DNA of 63,990 nucleotides, filler included, from Trichomonas gallinae (Eukaryota): the NCBI GenBank assembly GCA_008369845.1. It is 5 parts of 5 records of this genome, joined end to end, with 100 filler letters (N's around TTAATTAATTAA, not from the genome) between each part and the next. Parts side by side here need not be neighbours in the genome. Positions count along the whole stretch, not along the records: positions 1 to 17,741 come from MRSU01000340.1; positions 17,842 to 27,846 come from MRSU01000341.1; 3 more parts are not named here. One strand, written 5' to 3'. This document shows, one piece after another, positions 10,460 to 20,581 of the stretch. The notes under the pieces are model-generated. The model was given only the letters and a program-made list of their open reading frames with translations. It was not told the DNA's origin and searched no databases. The position numbers and the translations under genes are program-made. The number at the start of each line of letters is the position of its first letter. The stretch's first letter is position 1.

Positions 10460-11430
10460 TAGTCATTGATTGTGGTTGTTAAATGCATAAATAGTTTGAA
10501 ACGTAATTAGAAGCTGTTATAAATATGGTCATATTTTGAAGCATTAATTAAGTCTGTTTTAATTAAATTGCTTTTTGAGATGCAATGACCGACACTCTTC
10601 CCAAATGCGCTGGGATTTTAAAGTTCACCTGACATGCCATCTGCAATTTTCCAAGTAAAGTTCACCTGACATGCCATCTGCAAATTTCCAAGTAAAGTTC
10701 ACCTGACATGCCATCTGCAATTTTCCAAGTAAAGTTCACCTGACATGCCATCTATTTGATGTTCTGCATCATTCCGCGCAAAACAGCAATTTGAGCTATT
10801 GTCTTTTCAATATATATGATGCATGCGCTTTGACATTAAGTTACATCATTATTTATCAAACTACATCTCCCTACATATGTATACGTAAAAGAATAAAACA
10901 TAATTATTTCTCCACTATTTGCAGTATTTTCTGTGAATGAACTATAATGAAATGCTGAATTTTGATGCTGTTTTTTTTTTTTTGAAATTTAAAGAAATAA
11001 TACTTATATCACCTTCTTTCATTTCGATTGTATTTTCTCCTGTTAGTCCATCTGATCCATGAGCTGACTGTGCATGTTTCAATCTTGTGTTTAAAACTGT
11101 TATTAGAGAGCTATATTTTCATAAAGATTCCTGTTTTAGGAGACTTTGATTCTAATGCACAAGTATAAAATGGAAGACCATATTGCATGTTTTGATATAA
11201 ATGGATCCTCCACCCTCTTCTTGTGAAGACGAACATCCTTGAAATACACAAGATATGAATTGTAACAAAACGATTTTGATTTTGATTTGAATCAAATTTT
11301 TTTGCTCTCATTGCAATAAAATAACTGGAATATGTATCCAATCATGCTTCATCTATATTTATTAGTCCGTATCACATTTGCCCGAGAAAATGAGTTTCAT
11401 TTCATCTAATTCAGGATTGAATTTAGAGCT
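10460..11430 (-). pseudogene. Disrupted paralog of the 15531-16640 beta-helix-like gene
   Basis: Joined minus-strand frames give SCVFQGCSSSQEEGGGSIYIKTCNMVFHF / TCALESKSPKTGIFMKI*LSNNSFKHKIETCTV / YSSFTENTANSGEII...YVGRCSLINNDVT*, colinear with FCFFKDCSTQSEDGGGAFFARICNVIMHFLCAVHPDAPRGGLFAQFFLSKNDFTPQFETSTI / YCSFVSNRAQVQNII...FVHRCNFVTNEVT. Several stops and frameshifts; boundaries approximate. Confidence 0.8.
10619..10753. repeat. 37-bp tandem repeat, about 3.6 copies
   Basis: Unit TAAAGTTCACCTGACATGCCATCTGCAATTTTCCAAG, head to tail, one substitution, no spacers. Confidence 0.97.
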
Positions 11431-11527
11431 TAAAATGTGTTTTTTAAACTTTATTTGTTCAAATAAGTGTTAAATAGGAGGAATATATTATGATTTCCCG
11501 AATAATGTAATAAAATATAAAATAAAA

Positions 11528-14500
11528 ATGTTTTCGCTACATTTGATGGACTCAAAAAGTAGCGAAGAACTTTCAAACGGGATATTGAGTGTTTTCCAAA
11601 GAAGAAAGCAGTCATTTTTAAACACTCTGCAAAACATTCTCTCGTCAAATGCAAGAGATAATTATATTAAAATTATGTTTGAGAGTCCAGAGTCTGTACT
11701 GTTCATTCCTGATAGAATATGCGAACTTATTGAGAAATATCTGACTGATGACCGCGAGAAATACATACAAGATTTATACCAACGAATTCGAGCTTTAGAA
11801 GCATGTTTCGGAAAAGAAAAAGAAGCAGAAATAGAGCAAATCGGATTGTTAATACTCAACCAAATGGATATAAATCCAAACATTCCTCCTGAAAATAACG
11901 AAATTATACAAAAATTTAAAAAACGTTTAATTAGATTGCAATCGGATCCAGGCTTTATAAATGTTCCTAAAACACAATTTTATTCACTCAAAAATGAAAT
12001 AAGACAACTTTCAACAGATAACGATATTTTAAAACAAACAATTACGCGCATGCAGGCTTTTACACTGAAAACTAACGCGAAAACAAAAGATTTACTACAC
12101 GATTCATTGAAAATTGTCGCGAAAAATTTAAAATCAAATTCTAAAGATATACAAAGCCAAGTGAAAACTCAAACATCGCAAATCAAGACTAAATACCAAC
12201 AATTGATCGCTGAGTACAAAAATAAGGAAGAAGATTACGAAATTCAAATCAAAAAATTATCATCAGAGAATAAAACATACGAACTGAAACTAACAGAGCA
12301 GAAAGCAGAAATAGAAAAGCTCCACGCATTACTGAATCATCTTGAAAATATCAGCGAAGATGCGATGAACAAAGAAAAATTTTTAGAAAATTCAGACAAA
12401 AACTTGGAGTTTTTACAGCAAGAAATCGAGGAAAAAGACAAGCGAATAGAGATCCTTGTGAAGACAGTTAAGGACTACGAAAGGACTAAAAATGTTCAAA
12501 ACAACTCGAAAGAAATCATATCGAAATTAAAAGGAGTTTGTAAGCAATTAAAAGTCGAAAATGATGCATTAAATTACAAGCTTTCCATGTCAAATGCGGA
12601 AATAGAGCTCAAGCAGCATCAGATAGAGAGATTGTCTATGCTGGAAAAGGAAGGAAACTCGGCTATACAAAAAATGATTGAACTAGAAAAAGAAAACAAA
12701 GAACACAGATTAAATATAAACAGCTTAACATGGACAACAGATGAGCTCACAGAAACAAACAAAATGCTGAAATCAGAGAATGATGAGCTGCGTGATAGGT
12801 TATCGCAGAGCGAGTTAAACCTCAAAGATCTTGAAATTCTTGATTCACTTAAAAGCGAACTAACAGAAACAAAAGTTTTATTAGAAAAATCTCAGCGAGA
12901 ACAAAATGAAGCAAATTCTGTTTATGAAGATTTGTTAGCTCAGTCTTCGTGCTTGGAGAAGAAAGTAAGTGAGATGCAGTTGCAGCTGACTGAAGCGAGA
13001 AAAGACAACGAAATCAAAGACATGAAAATTTCAGTTTTAATTACAGAAAACGAAAATCTTAAAACTAATTCATCACAGAGTTTGATAAGTTTCCAGGAGC
13101 TACAAGAAGAATATACAATAGTTAAAGAAAAAGCAGATAAATTCGAAGAATTAACTGAAAGAGTTAAAGATTTAGAAACAAAACTTGAAGACGAAAAAAT
13201 CGAAAACAAAAATTTGACAGAAAGATTCGCTGAAGCAAAAAGTGAATCACTATCAAGTGTCCTTAAATTTAACCAGTCGCAAGCTGAGAGAGATGAAATA
13301 GAAAAGAAGACGAAAGAGTTACAAAACAAAGTTTTAACATTGCAAAATGAGTTATTAGAAAGAACGAAAGAAGTTTCTGAAGCTAAGGGTGAAATAACAA
13401 ATCATAAATCAATAATTAATGAATATGAATCAAAGATGAATGAATCAATAAACTCAAGTCAGTTAGAAAAGCTTTCTTTAGTCAAAGACTATGAATCTAA
13501 AATCAGTTCTTTGGTTTCTGAAAAGGATAAATTGGAAGTTGAAATCAAATTGCTAAATATTAAATTCGATCAAGAAAAAGATAAATATGAGAACGAAAAG
13601 AAGACAATTTTAGCAGAAAGTCAAAAGGCCAAGGATGATTTTGCATTAGAAATTAAAAGAAAGGTCAATGAGCTTGAAATAGAAAAAGTTTCGCATGTGA
13701 AAGAAATAGAAAAAATTAAATCAGTTGAATCTATAGAAAAACAGAGAATTTTAGATGATTGTCAGCATCAAATTGACAAAATGCGCCGCGAAAAAGAAAC
13801 AACAGAGAAGAAACTGGCCATTCTTAATGAGCACGTAAATGAACTTGAGAATTTAATGAAACATGGAAACTTGAGAAAAATTTTAGAAAATTCGCCAATG
13901 ACTGATAAGCAGCAAAATGAATTAATTGAGTCATTGAGTCCTATATTGGTTATTGAAGGCAATCAAAACGCAAGCTATTCGGATTTGATACATTTGTTGA
14001 TAGACACCGTGAAAGAATATTCAGAGATTCACAAATTACTTGGTGAAAGATATAAAACTATTTCATCATTGAAAGCTTATTTAGTTGAATCAAAGCAGAA
14101 CAGCGATATTATCAGCTGCATGTTCCCTGAAGTCAAAGATCAAAAATCCCTTTATTTCGCTTTGTCGCAGATGAAAGTCGTCTTTGATACACTGAAAAGA
14201 ATATATCCGAATATAAGCGCTCACGAAATTCCAGGAAAAGTATCAGCAAACATTTCAATTTTGTCTTCTATCTGCAAGCAAGTGGGCTGTGAAGATCCCG
14301 TTGACTTGTCTTTCCATATATCAAAGTACTTTGAAGACATGAGAGCAAATCAACAGCATTTTTCAACTCTATTATCTTCCATTTGCAAATTATGCGACTG
14401 CGATGATCCGTCAAGCATTCCTCATGTTGTTGTGAATTTAATTTCTGACATCAAACAGAAAGAAAGCATCAACAATTCCCTTCTTTCATTTATAGGAGCA

Positions 14501-15412
14501 AATACAAGCGAAGAATTCCAGCACATCATAGAATCACAAATGCAAACACAGAAAACTCTCAACGACAGAATAACTAAGCTTCAAGTGATTCTTGGTGATG
14601 ACATTGAATCATCAGCTGAATACTTACTGACTGTTAAATCTGAAGTCGATAAACTCGGATCATCTGGTGACACAATTTCTAGACTTCGCAGTTTTGTTTC
14701 CCGCTATAACGGTTTGGTTTCAACACAGGAAATAATCACATCGCAAGTCAGCAGTATATATGGAAACGATGTTATCAATGGAGTTTCGAAAATGATTGAT
14801 GACATCTATTATTTCACGTCAACATTGGAAAAAGCTTTAAGCATAACATCACGCGGATTGACAAAAATTAACATTCCAATTGATGAAAGAACTAAGCATG
14901 TTGTTGCTCAAAGCATACAAAATATCAATGATGATATTTCTGGTTTGAACAACCAGATAAAGTCATTTTTGGGAGAAGCTGCATCGCAAGGTTTTGTTGG
15001 AAGCAAAATTATTGATGCAATGAATTTCATTGTTGACAAAAAACTACGCGAACAAAAAGTTACCATCAATCGTTCGCATGAATCAGAGATGAATTCTCTT
15101 CGCGAGGTTTACGACAGGGCAGCATCTGACTCAAAACGAGAAATTGACAGATTGAAACAATCCATTGAAAAGCTGAGATCTGAACAAGAAAATGAAAGGA
15201 TTAAATTTATGAGCAGAGAAAAAGAATTAATTGCAGACTGTGAAACATCAAAATCATCTGCACGATCTGCTTCGACTGAACTTTCAACGACTAAAAGAGT
15301 TGTACAAGAGCTTCTTAGATCTCTGGAAGGCAAAGTTGCTGATCTGTCATTCCTTGGAGCTCATCTTTCTGCATCAGAGTTTCTTAGTGTTCAACAATCA
15401 CGATCAAACTAA
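11528..15412 (+). CDS. Large coiled-coil protein
   Basis: 1294-aa ORF with a long E/K/L-rich heptad region; start may be the second ATG at 11546. Confidence 0.85.
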   Translation: MFSLHLMDSKSSEELSNGILSVFQRRKQSFLNTLQNILSSNARDNYIKIMFESPESVLFIPDRICELIEKYLTDDREKYIQDLYQRIRALEACFGKEKEAEIEQIGLLILNQMDINPNIPPENNEIIQKFKKRLIRLQSDPGFINVPKTQFYSLKNEIRQLSTDNDILKQTITRMQAFTLKTNAKTKDLLHDSLKIVAKNLKSNSKDIQSQVKTQTSQIKTKYQQLIAEYKNKEEDYEIQIKKLSSENKTYELKLTEQKAEIEKLHALLNHLENISEDAMNKEKFLENSDKNLEFLQQEIEEKDKRIEILVKTVKDYERTKNVQNNSKEIISKLKGVCKQLKVENDALNYKLSMSNAEIELKQHQIERLSMLEKEGNSAIQKMIELEKENKEHRLNINSLTWTTDELTETNKMLKSENDELRDRLSQSELNLKDLEILDSLKSELTETKVLLEKSQREQNEANSVYEDLLAQSSCLEKKVSEMQLQLTEARKDNEIKDMKISVLITENENLKTNSSQSLISFQELQEEYTIVKEKADKFEELTERVKDLETKLEDEKIENKNLTERFAEAKSESLSSVLKFNQSQAERDEIEKKTKELQNKVLTLQNELLERTKEVSEAKGEITNHKSIINEYESKMNESINSSQLEKLSLVKDYESKISSLVSEKDKLEVEIKLLNIKFDQEKDKYENEKKTILAESQKAKDDFALEIKRKVNELEIEKVSHVKEIEKIKSVESIEKQRILDDCQHQIDKMRREKETTEKKLAILNEHVNELENLMKHGNLRKILENSPMTDKQQNELIESLSPILVIEGNQNASYSDLIHLLIDTVKEYSEIHKLLGERYKTISSLKAYLVESKQNSDIISCMFPEVKDQKSLYFALSQMKVVFDTLKRIYPNISAHEIPGKVSANISILSSICKQVGCEDPVDLSFHISKYFEDMRANQQHFSTLLSSICKLCDCDDPSSIPHVVVNLISDIKQKESINNSLLSFIGANTSEEFQHIIESQMQTQKTLNDRITKLQVILGDDIESSAEYLLTVKSEVDKLGSSGDTISRLRSFVSRYNGLVSTQEIITSQVSSIYGNDVINGVSKMIDDIYYFTSTLEKALSITSRGLTKINIPIDERTKHVVAQSIQNINDDISGLNNQIKSFLGEAASQGFVGSKIIDAMNFIVDKKLREQKVTINRSHESEMNSLREVYDRAASDSKREIDRLKQSIEKLRSEQENERIKFMSREKELIADCETSKSSARSASTELSTTKRVVQELLRSLEGKVADLSFLGAHLSASEFLSVQQSRSN

Positions 15413-15530
15413 TTTTGTTTTTGTATTTTATTAAAAGCATGATTTTAAATTTAATGATGTAACAAAATTCATCTCAAAATGTGTATCTTTGGATTAAAAT
15501 GCGTTGAAAATCTAATTTTTCCAACAAAAA

Positions 15531-16628
15531 TTAGCTTGATGGAATGAAAAACATTGGAATAATTTTGGAATCAATCCGTATAAATGGGAAATACATACCG
15601 CATGAACAATAAACGTTGACTTTAAGATTATTATTGTTATTAGCTTCAAATTTCATAGGCGTTTTATGAATAGGAGCTTTGCATTCATTGGAACTCAAAT
15701 GTGCCAAATTCATAGAAAAGGTATTACTCCCAGCTTCATCAGTCTTTATTTGACTTGGAATCCCTGCAAATCCTTTTGAAAAGGAACAATTAATGACATA
15801 TACTGCATCGGATTCATAACAAGAAATGTCAAGGTTGGCAACATTTTCATAAAAGCATGATTCTACAACTTGATTTAATCTTCCAATTATTCTTAAAATA
15901 CAATATGATGAGTCTGATTCAGTAACTTCATTAGTGACAAAATTACACCTATGAACAAAAGCTCCATCATATCTTTGAATGTCGATAATATTTTGTACTT
16001 GGGCCCTATTACTAACAAAACTACAATAATTTATCGAAATTATTCTTACATTATCTTCTTCTTCATTAGCAAATAAAACTGATGTTGACGATGCTTTAAT
16101 ATCTGTAAAATTAGAAGAACAAACTTTTAAACCAGAGTTGTAAAAATAGAGAGAACTTATATCAGTTTCTTGAGAATCACAAAAAGTAATAGTAGATGTC
16201 TCGAACTGGGGTGTAAAATCATTTTTTGAGAGAAAAAATTGAGCGAAAAGACCTCCACGTGGAGCATCAGGATGGACTGCGCATAAAAAATGCATAATAA
16301 CATTGCAAATTCGAGCGAAAAATGCACCACCACCATCTTCACTTTGAGTAGAGCAATCTTTAAAAAAACAAAATGAAATTAAAACATTTGGACAAGCTAG
16401 ATCAAAAACATATATAGCTCTATCATGCAAATTAATAAAATTGCAATTGGAAATATATATATTTTCACCCTTGTATATTTTGTATAATTCATTTTTAATC
16501 GGAAGTGAATCATACTGACTAGACTGAGATCCAAAGTAGTAATTCCAGATTCCAGGGTCTGGATTCTGAAAATGAATCAGCAAATGACTAATCTCATTTA
16601 TTGTTTGATAAAAAAAAATATTATTCAT
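15531..16628 (-). CDS. Asn/Cys-rich beta-helix-like hypothetical protein; start uncertain
   Basis: Repeated CxFxxN and GGA motifs; first in-frame ATG at 16628; alternative out-of-frame ATG at 16597 (see findings). Confidence 0.75.
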   Translation of the reverse strand: MNNIFFYQTINEISHLLIHFQNPDPGIWNYYFGSQSSQYDSLPIKNELYKIYKGENIYISNCNFINLHDRAIYVFDLACPNVLISFCFFKDCSTQSEDGGGAFFARICNVIMHFLCAVHPDAPRGGLFAQFFLSKNDFTPQFETSTITFCDSQETDISSLYFYNSGLKVCSSNFTDIKASSTSVLFANEEEDNVRIISINYCSFVSNRAQVQNIIDIQRYDGAFVHRCNFVTNEVTESDSSYCILRIIGRLNQVVESCFYENVANLDISCYESDAVYVINCSFSKGFAGIPSQIKTDEAGSNTFSMNLAHLSSNECKAPIHKTPMKFEANNNNNLKVNVYCSCGMYFPFIRIDSKIIPMFFIPSS

Positions 16629-17026
16629 TTTAATCAACAAAGTATAACTTTTTATTCACTCCTAGGATTACAACATTTTCATAAATAATCGAAGTCTTGC
16701 AAAACAAACATAAAAATAATTAATGATAACCTTATTTTAAAAAAATCATGTTGTGCATGATATATACACAATGGATGGCTGGGACACATATCAAAAGAAT
16801 TAAATAAATTATAAAATAATATTTTCATTTTGCTTGCTTTCTATGTATTTCATTATCAAATTTGATAATTTTAATAAAATTATTATATATCAAATGAGAT
16901 TTAAAACATTTCCATCAAGCATAAATGTTTCTAATTTTCATTCTATATTAGAGCTATTCTTGAATAATTAAACTTCAGTAAATAATTTACATAATTTATA
17001 TCAAAATTGTAAATAACACAAATAAT

Positions 17027-17416
17027 TTACTCAGCGTTGAACTTGGCAACGGCCTTTCCACCTTCAGAAACGGCGTGCTTGGCAAGATCGCCTGGAAGAA
17101 CAAGACGAACAGCTGTCTGAACTTCGCGGGAACCGAGTGTGTTACGTTCGTTCATATCGACGAGTCTTGCACCTTCCTGGGCAATTCTCTCGAAGATATC
17201 TGTAACGAAAGAGTTCATAACCATCATAGCCTTGTTGGAGATACCGATATCTGGGTGAACCTGCTTGAGAACCTTGAAGATGTAAGAAGAGAAAGTTTCG
17301 GCACGCTTCTTGTGGCGGAGCTTCTTATCCTGCTTAGCAGCGTTGGCAGCATCGACTCCCTCGACAGCTGGCTTCTTCTCTGTTGGTGTCTTAGAGGCTG
17401 GCTTCTTTGAAGACAT
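17027..17416 (-). CDS. H2B: Histone H2B
   Basis: [25 protein letters not shown]...[24 protein letters not shown]. Confidence 0.99.
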   Translation of the reverse strand: MSSKKPASKTPTEKKPAVEGVDAANAAKQDKKLRHKKRAETFSSYIFKVLKQVHPDIGISNKAMMVMNSFVTDIFERIAQEGARLVDMNERNTLGSREVQTAVRLVLPGDLAKHAVSEGGKAVAKFNAE

Positions 17417-17583
17417 TCTAAAATTATGAACTCAAAATATTCCCGCCAAAAAATAACTATAACCGCCAATTTTATGGGGGTCTAAAATGGCATTTTTTAA
17501 TTTTTGGGAAAATGCCACTTTAGACCCATATGTTTTCGAAACAAAAATGGCGGCATAAAAATGAGTTCATTAATTTCGAAGTA
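17417..17583. promoter_or_regulatory. Bidirectional H2B/H2A promoter with 19-bp inverted repeat and TGGCGG motifs
   Basis: GGGTCTAAAATGGCATTTT (17478-17496) and AAAATGCCACTTTAGACCC (17509-17527), 1 mismatch. CCGCCA at about 17443 and 17463 faces H2B; TGGCGG at 17548 faces H2A. Inr-like TCATT at 17567. Confidence 0.7.
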
Positions 17584-17741
17584 ATGCCAGCTAAGAAGGG
17601 TGTTAAGAAGACAGCAACAAAGACAGCCGTTGACGGTGAGCGTCAGCATCCAAAGACACGCTCATCTCGTGCCGGTCTTCAGTTCCCAGTCGGTCGTCTT
17701 CACAGATTCCTCCGTGAAGGCCGTTATGGTGAGCGTGTCGG
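17584..17741 (+). CDS. H2A: Histone H2A, 5' part (truncated by assembly gap)
   Basis: MPAKKG...[28 protein letters not shown]; runs into the N linker. Confidence 0.97.
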
Positions 17742-17841
17742 NNNNNNNNNNNNNNNNNNNNNNNNNNNNNNNNNNNNNNNNNNNNTTAATTAATTAANNN
17801 NNNNNNNNNNNNNNNNNNNNNNNNNNNNNNNNNNNNNNNNN
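17742..17841. other. Artificial contig linker (N44-TTAATTAATTAA-N44)
   Basis: The same 100-nt spacer with six-frame stops occurs four times in the window. Confidence 0.97.
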
Positions 17842-17919
17842 GTCACTCTGGGGTTCGAACCCAGGCCCTCGCGGACCAGTGCCTTAAACTGGCGCCTTAG
17901 ACCACTCGGCCAAATGACC
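17842..17919 (-). tRNA. tRNA-Leu(AAG), 3' end clipped by gap
   Basis: Minus strand GGTCATT-TG-GCCGAGTGGTCTAAGGC-G-CCAGT-TTAAGGC-ACTGG-long variable arm-CTGGG-TTCGAAC-CCCAG-AGTGAC; anticodon AAG. Confidence 0.93.
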
Positions 17920-18159
17920 CTTACATTTATTTCTCAACATTTAGTTCTAGGATTATTCTAATAGAGATTATTCATCAATTTTCATATTCGAGATTTTCAG
18001 CTTGAAACAAATTATCCATTGTTCATTATGTGAATGAATCTACAGAGCTATCCTTCTCATTTGATGATGTGTAATATATATTTTAACGACATTTCCATTT
18101 GAATTCTGCTATTGATCAATTAATTATCAAAATATTTTAATATTAGATATACAAACAAT

Positions 18160-18783
18160 TTATAGTTGATTTGAGGATGCATTTTGGAGTGATTTCAGTT
18201 CTCGATATCTGAAAATAAATCCAAGTCCTGAAACTGCAATAAAAAAATGTGCCAAACCTTGAATAATGAAGCATATTCCTGTGATGACTATTGAATTACC
18301 TTTGTTTTTCACTAAAACCCGAAGACAAGGAGTATGAAATCCATGATGACATTCATTGGCTGAATCTATGATAGAAGGCTGAAAATCGCAGCATCTGAAA
18401 TCTCCTTGGAATGCTTTAATGTTTTGAAGATTTGTTTTTTTATACCAAGATTCTTCAAGAGTTACAAAGTAATTCATTGGATCAATAGCAAATAGACCTC
18501 CTATGTAAATCAGTAATGAACAAAATATTAAAGAAAACATGCAAACTAATAATATTTGGGTTTTTAGATCTTTAAAGCATCGAGAAGACATAAAGATCAA
18601 TATCAAAATGAATGAACTTATCGAAAACAAATCTATGTATATTAAATCATGATTGAAATAGTAAACTTTAGATGTATATAGAAATTCTATTGTATGGGTG
18701 ATAAAAAAGATGGACAATGCTATAGATATCTGGCACAGCTGAGTGATAAATGTGATTGTTTCGCTTGAAAGTCTTTGAGGCAT
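18160..18783 (-). CDS. Tetraspanin-like four-TM protein
   Basis: Three N-terminal TM helices, a large loop with FQGDFRCCDF (CCG-motif variant) and a later PC, then a fourth TM; ATG at 18783. Confidence 0.6.
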   Translation of the reverse strand: MPQRLSSETITFITQLCQISIALSIFFITHTIEFLYTSKVYYFNHDLIYIDLFSISSFILILIFMSSRCFKDLKTQILLVCMFSLIFCSLLIYIGGLFAIDPMNYFVTLEESWYKKTNLQNIKAFQGDFRCCDFQPSIIDSANECHHGFHTPCLRVLVKNKGNSIVITGICFIIQGLAHFFIAVSGLGFIFRYRELKSLQNASSNQL

Positions 18784-18810
18784 CGAAATCAAAAAAAATT
18801 GATTTAACAG

Positions 18811-18832
18811 TGTCACTTTTATAAAAGTGACA
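18811..18832. promoter_or_regulatory. Perfect 22-bp palindrome of the AAAGTGAC promoter motif
   Basis: TGTCACTTTTATAAAAGTGACA, 28 bp upstream of the ATG at 18783. AAAGTGAC is a described Trichomonas upstream motif. Confidence 0.55.
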
Positions 18833-20493
18833 AAAATCAATTTAATTTTTTTTGATCGAAGAAGTAATTCACCTTTTTTATAGACATATCAAAAAAATAT
18901 CATTAACACAACAAGATACTTATGATAATAAACCAGATAGCCTCGTGCTTCAAAGATAATAACAAACATTTCTACATATTTGATTATTAACCGAAAACAA
19001 AATATCAATGCTACAAAACATTCATAATACAAATTTCACATCAGCTCATTGCTTTTTACATACACACGTCGGCAACCAATCAAAGCTTAATTTAGATAAA
19101 ATTTTTTAATAGACATACAAATTAAGGATCCATTTTGATTAATATGCAAAATGTATTTCTTAAATCAACACAATACTAGGCGATATATATTGATTTGTTA
19201 ATTTCATCAATAAAATTCATATGAACTTAAATCAATATAATATTTCAAAATATTACCTTCAAATTATTGATTAATTAAAGTAAGAATAAGAAAATAATAT
19301 GATGTAATTTCAAATATTTTAGATCATTACATATAGATAAGATTCTATGTCTTATTATTATATTTTTATCATCGTTCTTCGATGGTGCTGATTTCTACAA
19401 ATTTTCGGTCTTACTTTTTCAAATTTTATTAAAAAATGCTCATAATGGCTCTTGAGAACGAATATATTATTACTATACTTTGCAAAAACCACATAAACAA
19501 TCGTTGTTATCATTGAAAATCTCAGTCTATGATTCAACATATGACCTATGATGATAATTATCATATTCTTTTAGGATAATTAAGATTATAAAGACTAAAT
19601 AAACAATATTAATATGTGCAACAGCTTGATTTGTCAATGGTATTCATTGATGATTTAACATTTTTGAAATTTAGCATGCATTTTCTCATTTTAACATTAA
19701 ATATATAATTATTGATATTAATATTAATTCATGGATAGCATAAAATTCAACAAAAATTGAATTTTGCTGCCGACGAAAAATGTTAAATTCGCCGGAAAAG
19801 AAAAAATTGTTTGTAGTCACCTAGCCAATCCAATAAACTAATCCTGAAAGCGAAGTTGTAACTTATCAATTTTGAATGCAGTCAAACCTCTTTTGAGAGA
19901 GTGTTTTGAATTTAATTTCTGAGACTTCAATACAAATTTTTACAGCTCGGTAGGGTGATTTAAGATGTATACTAAGAATTTTCAATAATGGAAAAAAGAT
20001 AACCAAAACCGTCCAATAACAAATTTTTTAATTTTTATAAAGAAAAATTTGAAAAGATTCAACTTTTATATAGCAATTTTATCGACATGAATTGGTCATG
20101 ATGTATAAGCTTACAGAGCAAAAATTTCATCGATCCATAAAATACAAAATAATTTTAAAATCTGCATCACCACATGTAATGGAACTCATATCTTATCAAC
20201 CGATCGTATGACAAATTTCAATTCAATTGTTTGAAATTTATAAAATTCTAAACATGCTTGGAATGATATAACATAGCCAAATACCAAATTTCCTGATGGA
20301 CCATCTTAAATTAATTGAGTCAATTCAAACTAAAGTATTCAAAAAAATATCATTTGAAACAGTCTTAATAATATGTATAGAATCATATGGTAAAAGGTTT
20401 CAGCTTTTCATAAGAAAACGAATTTAGCTGAATATTACCCACTAGCTCTTTGTCTATCCATGGCCATTGAAGGCCATGGCCTGTAAACCATAG

Positions 20494-20552
20494 AATATTA
20501 CTTTGAGACTTATTCAATATTACTTTGAGACCAATTCAATAATCACTTTGAG
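20494..20552 (+). repeat. 22-bp direct repeat, about 2.7 copies, in Myb gene promoter
   Basis: AATATTACTTTGAGACTTATTC / AATATTACTTTGAGACCAATTC / AATAATCACTTTGAG. Confidence 0.85.
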
Positions 20553-20568
20553 TGTTTCTGAAATTATT

Positions 20569-20575
20569 TCATTTT
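20569..20575 (+). promoter_or_regulatory. Initiator (Inr) element
   Basis: TCATTTT just upstream of ATG 20582; fits the trichomonad Inr TCAYW and its usual position. Confidence 0.6.
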
Positions 20576-20581
20576 TAAAGA

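Noticed and set aside
10619..10753. CRISPR array (37-bp repeats)
   Set aside because: Repeats are contiguous with no unique spacers, there are no cas genes, the context is eukaryotic, and the unit derives from pseudogene coding sequence.
11111..11341. 76-aa ORF as an independent gene
   Set aside because: It is a frame mosaic of the 10460-11430 pseudogene.
12619..15333. Antisense ORFs within the coiled-coil gene (and similar ones in other large genes)
   Set aside because: Ser/Phe/Leu-rich reverse-frame shadows of E/K-rich coding sequence.
17786..17797. TTAATTAATTAA as a biological palindrome or target-site duplication
   Set aside because: It is centred in identical N44 flanks four times, so it is a synthetic six-frame-stop linker.
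18900..19100. Possible fourth relic of the beta-helix family (SCFKDNN)
   Set aside because: A single short motif with no extendable alignment.
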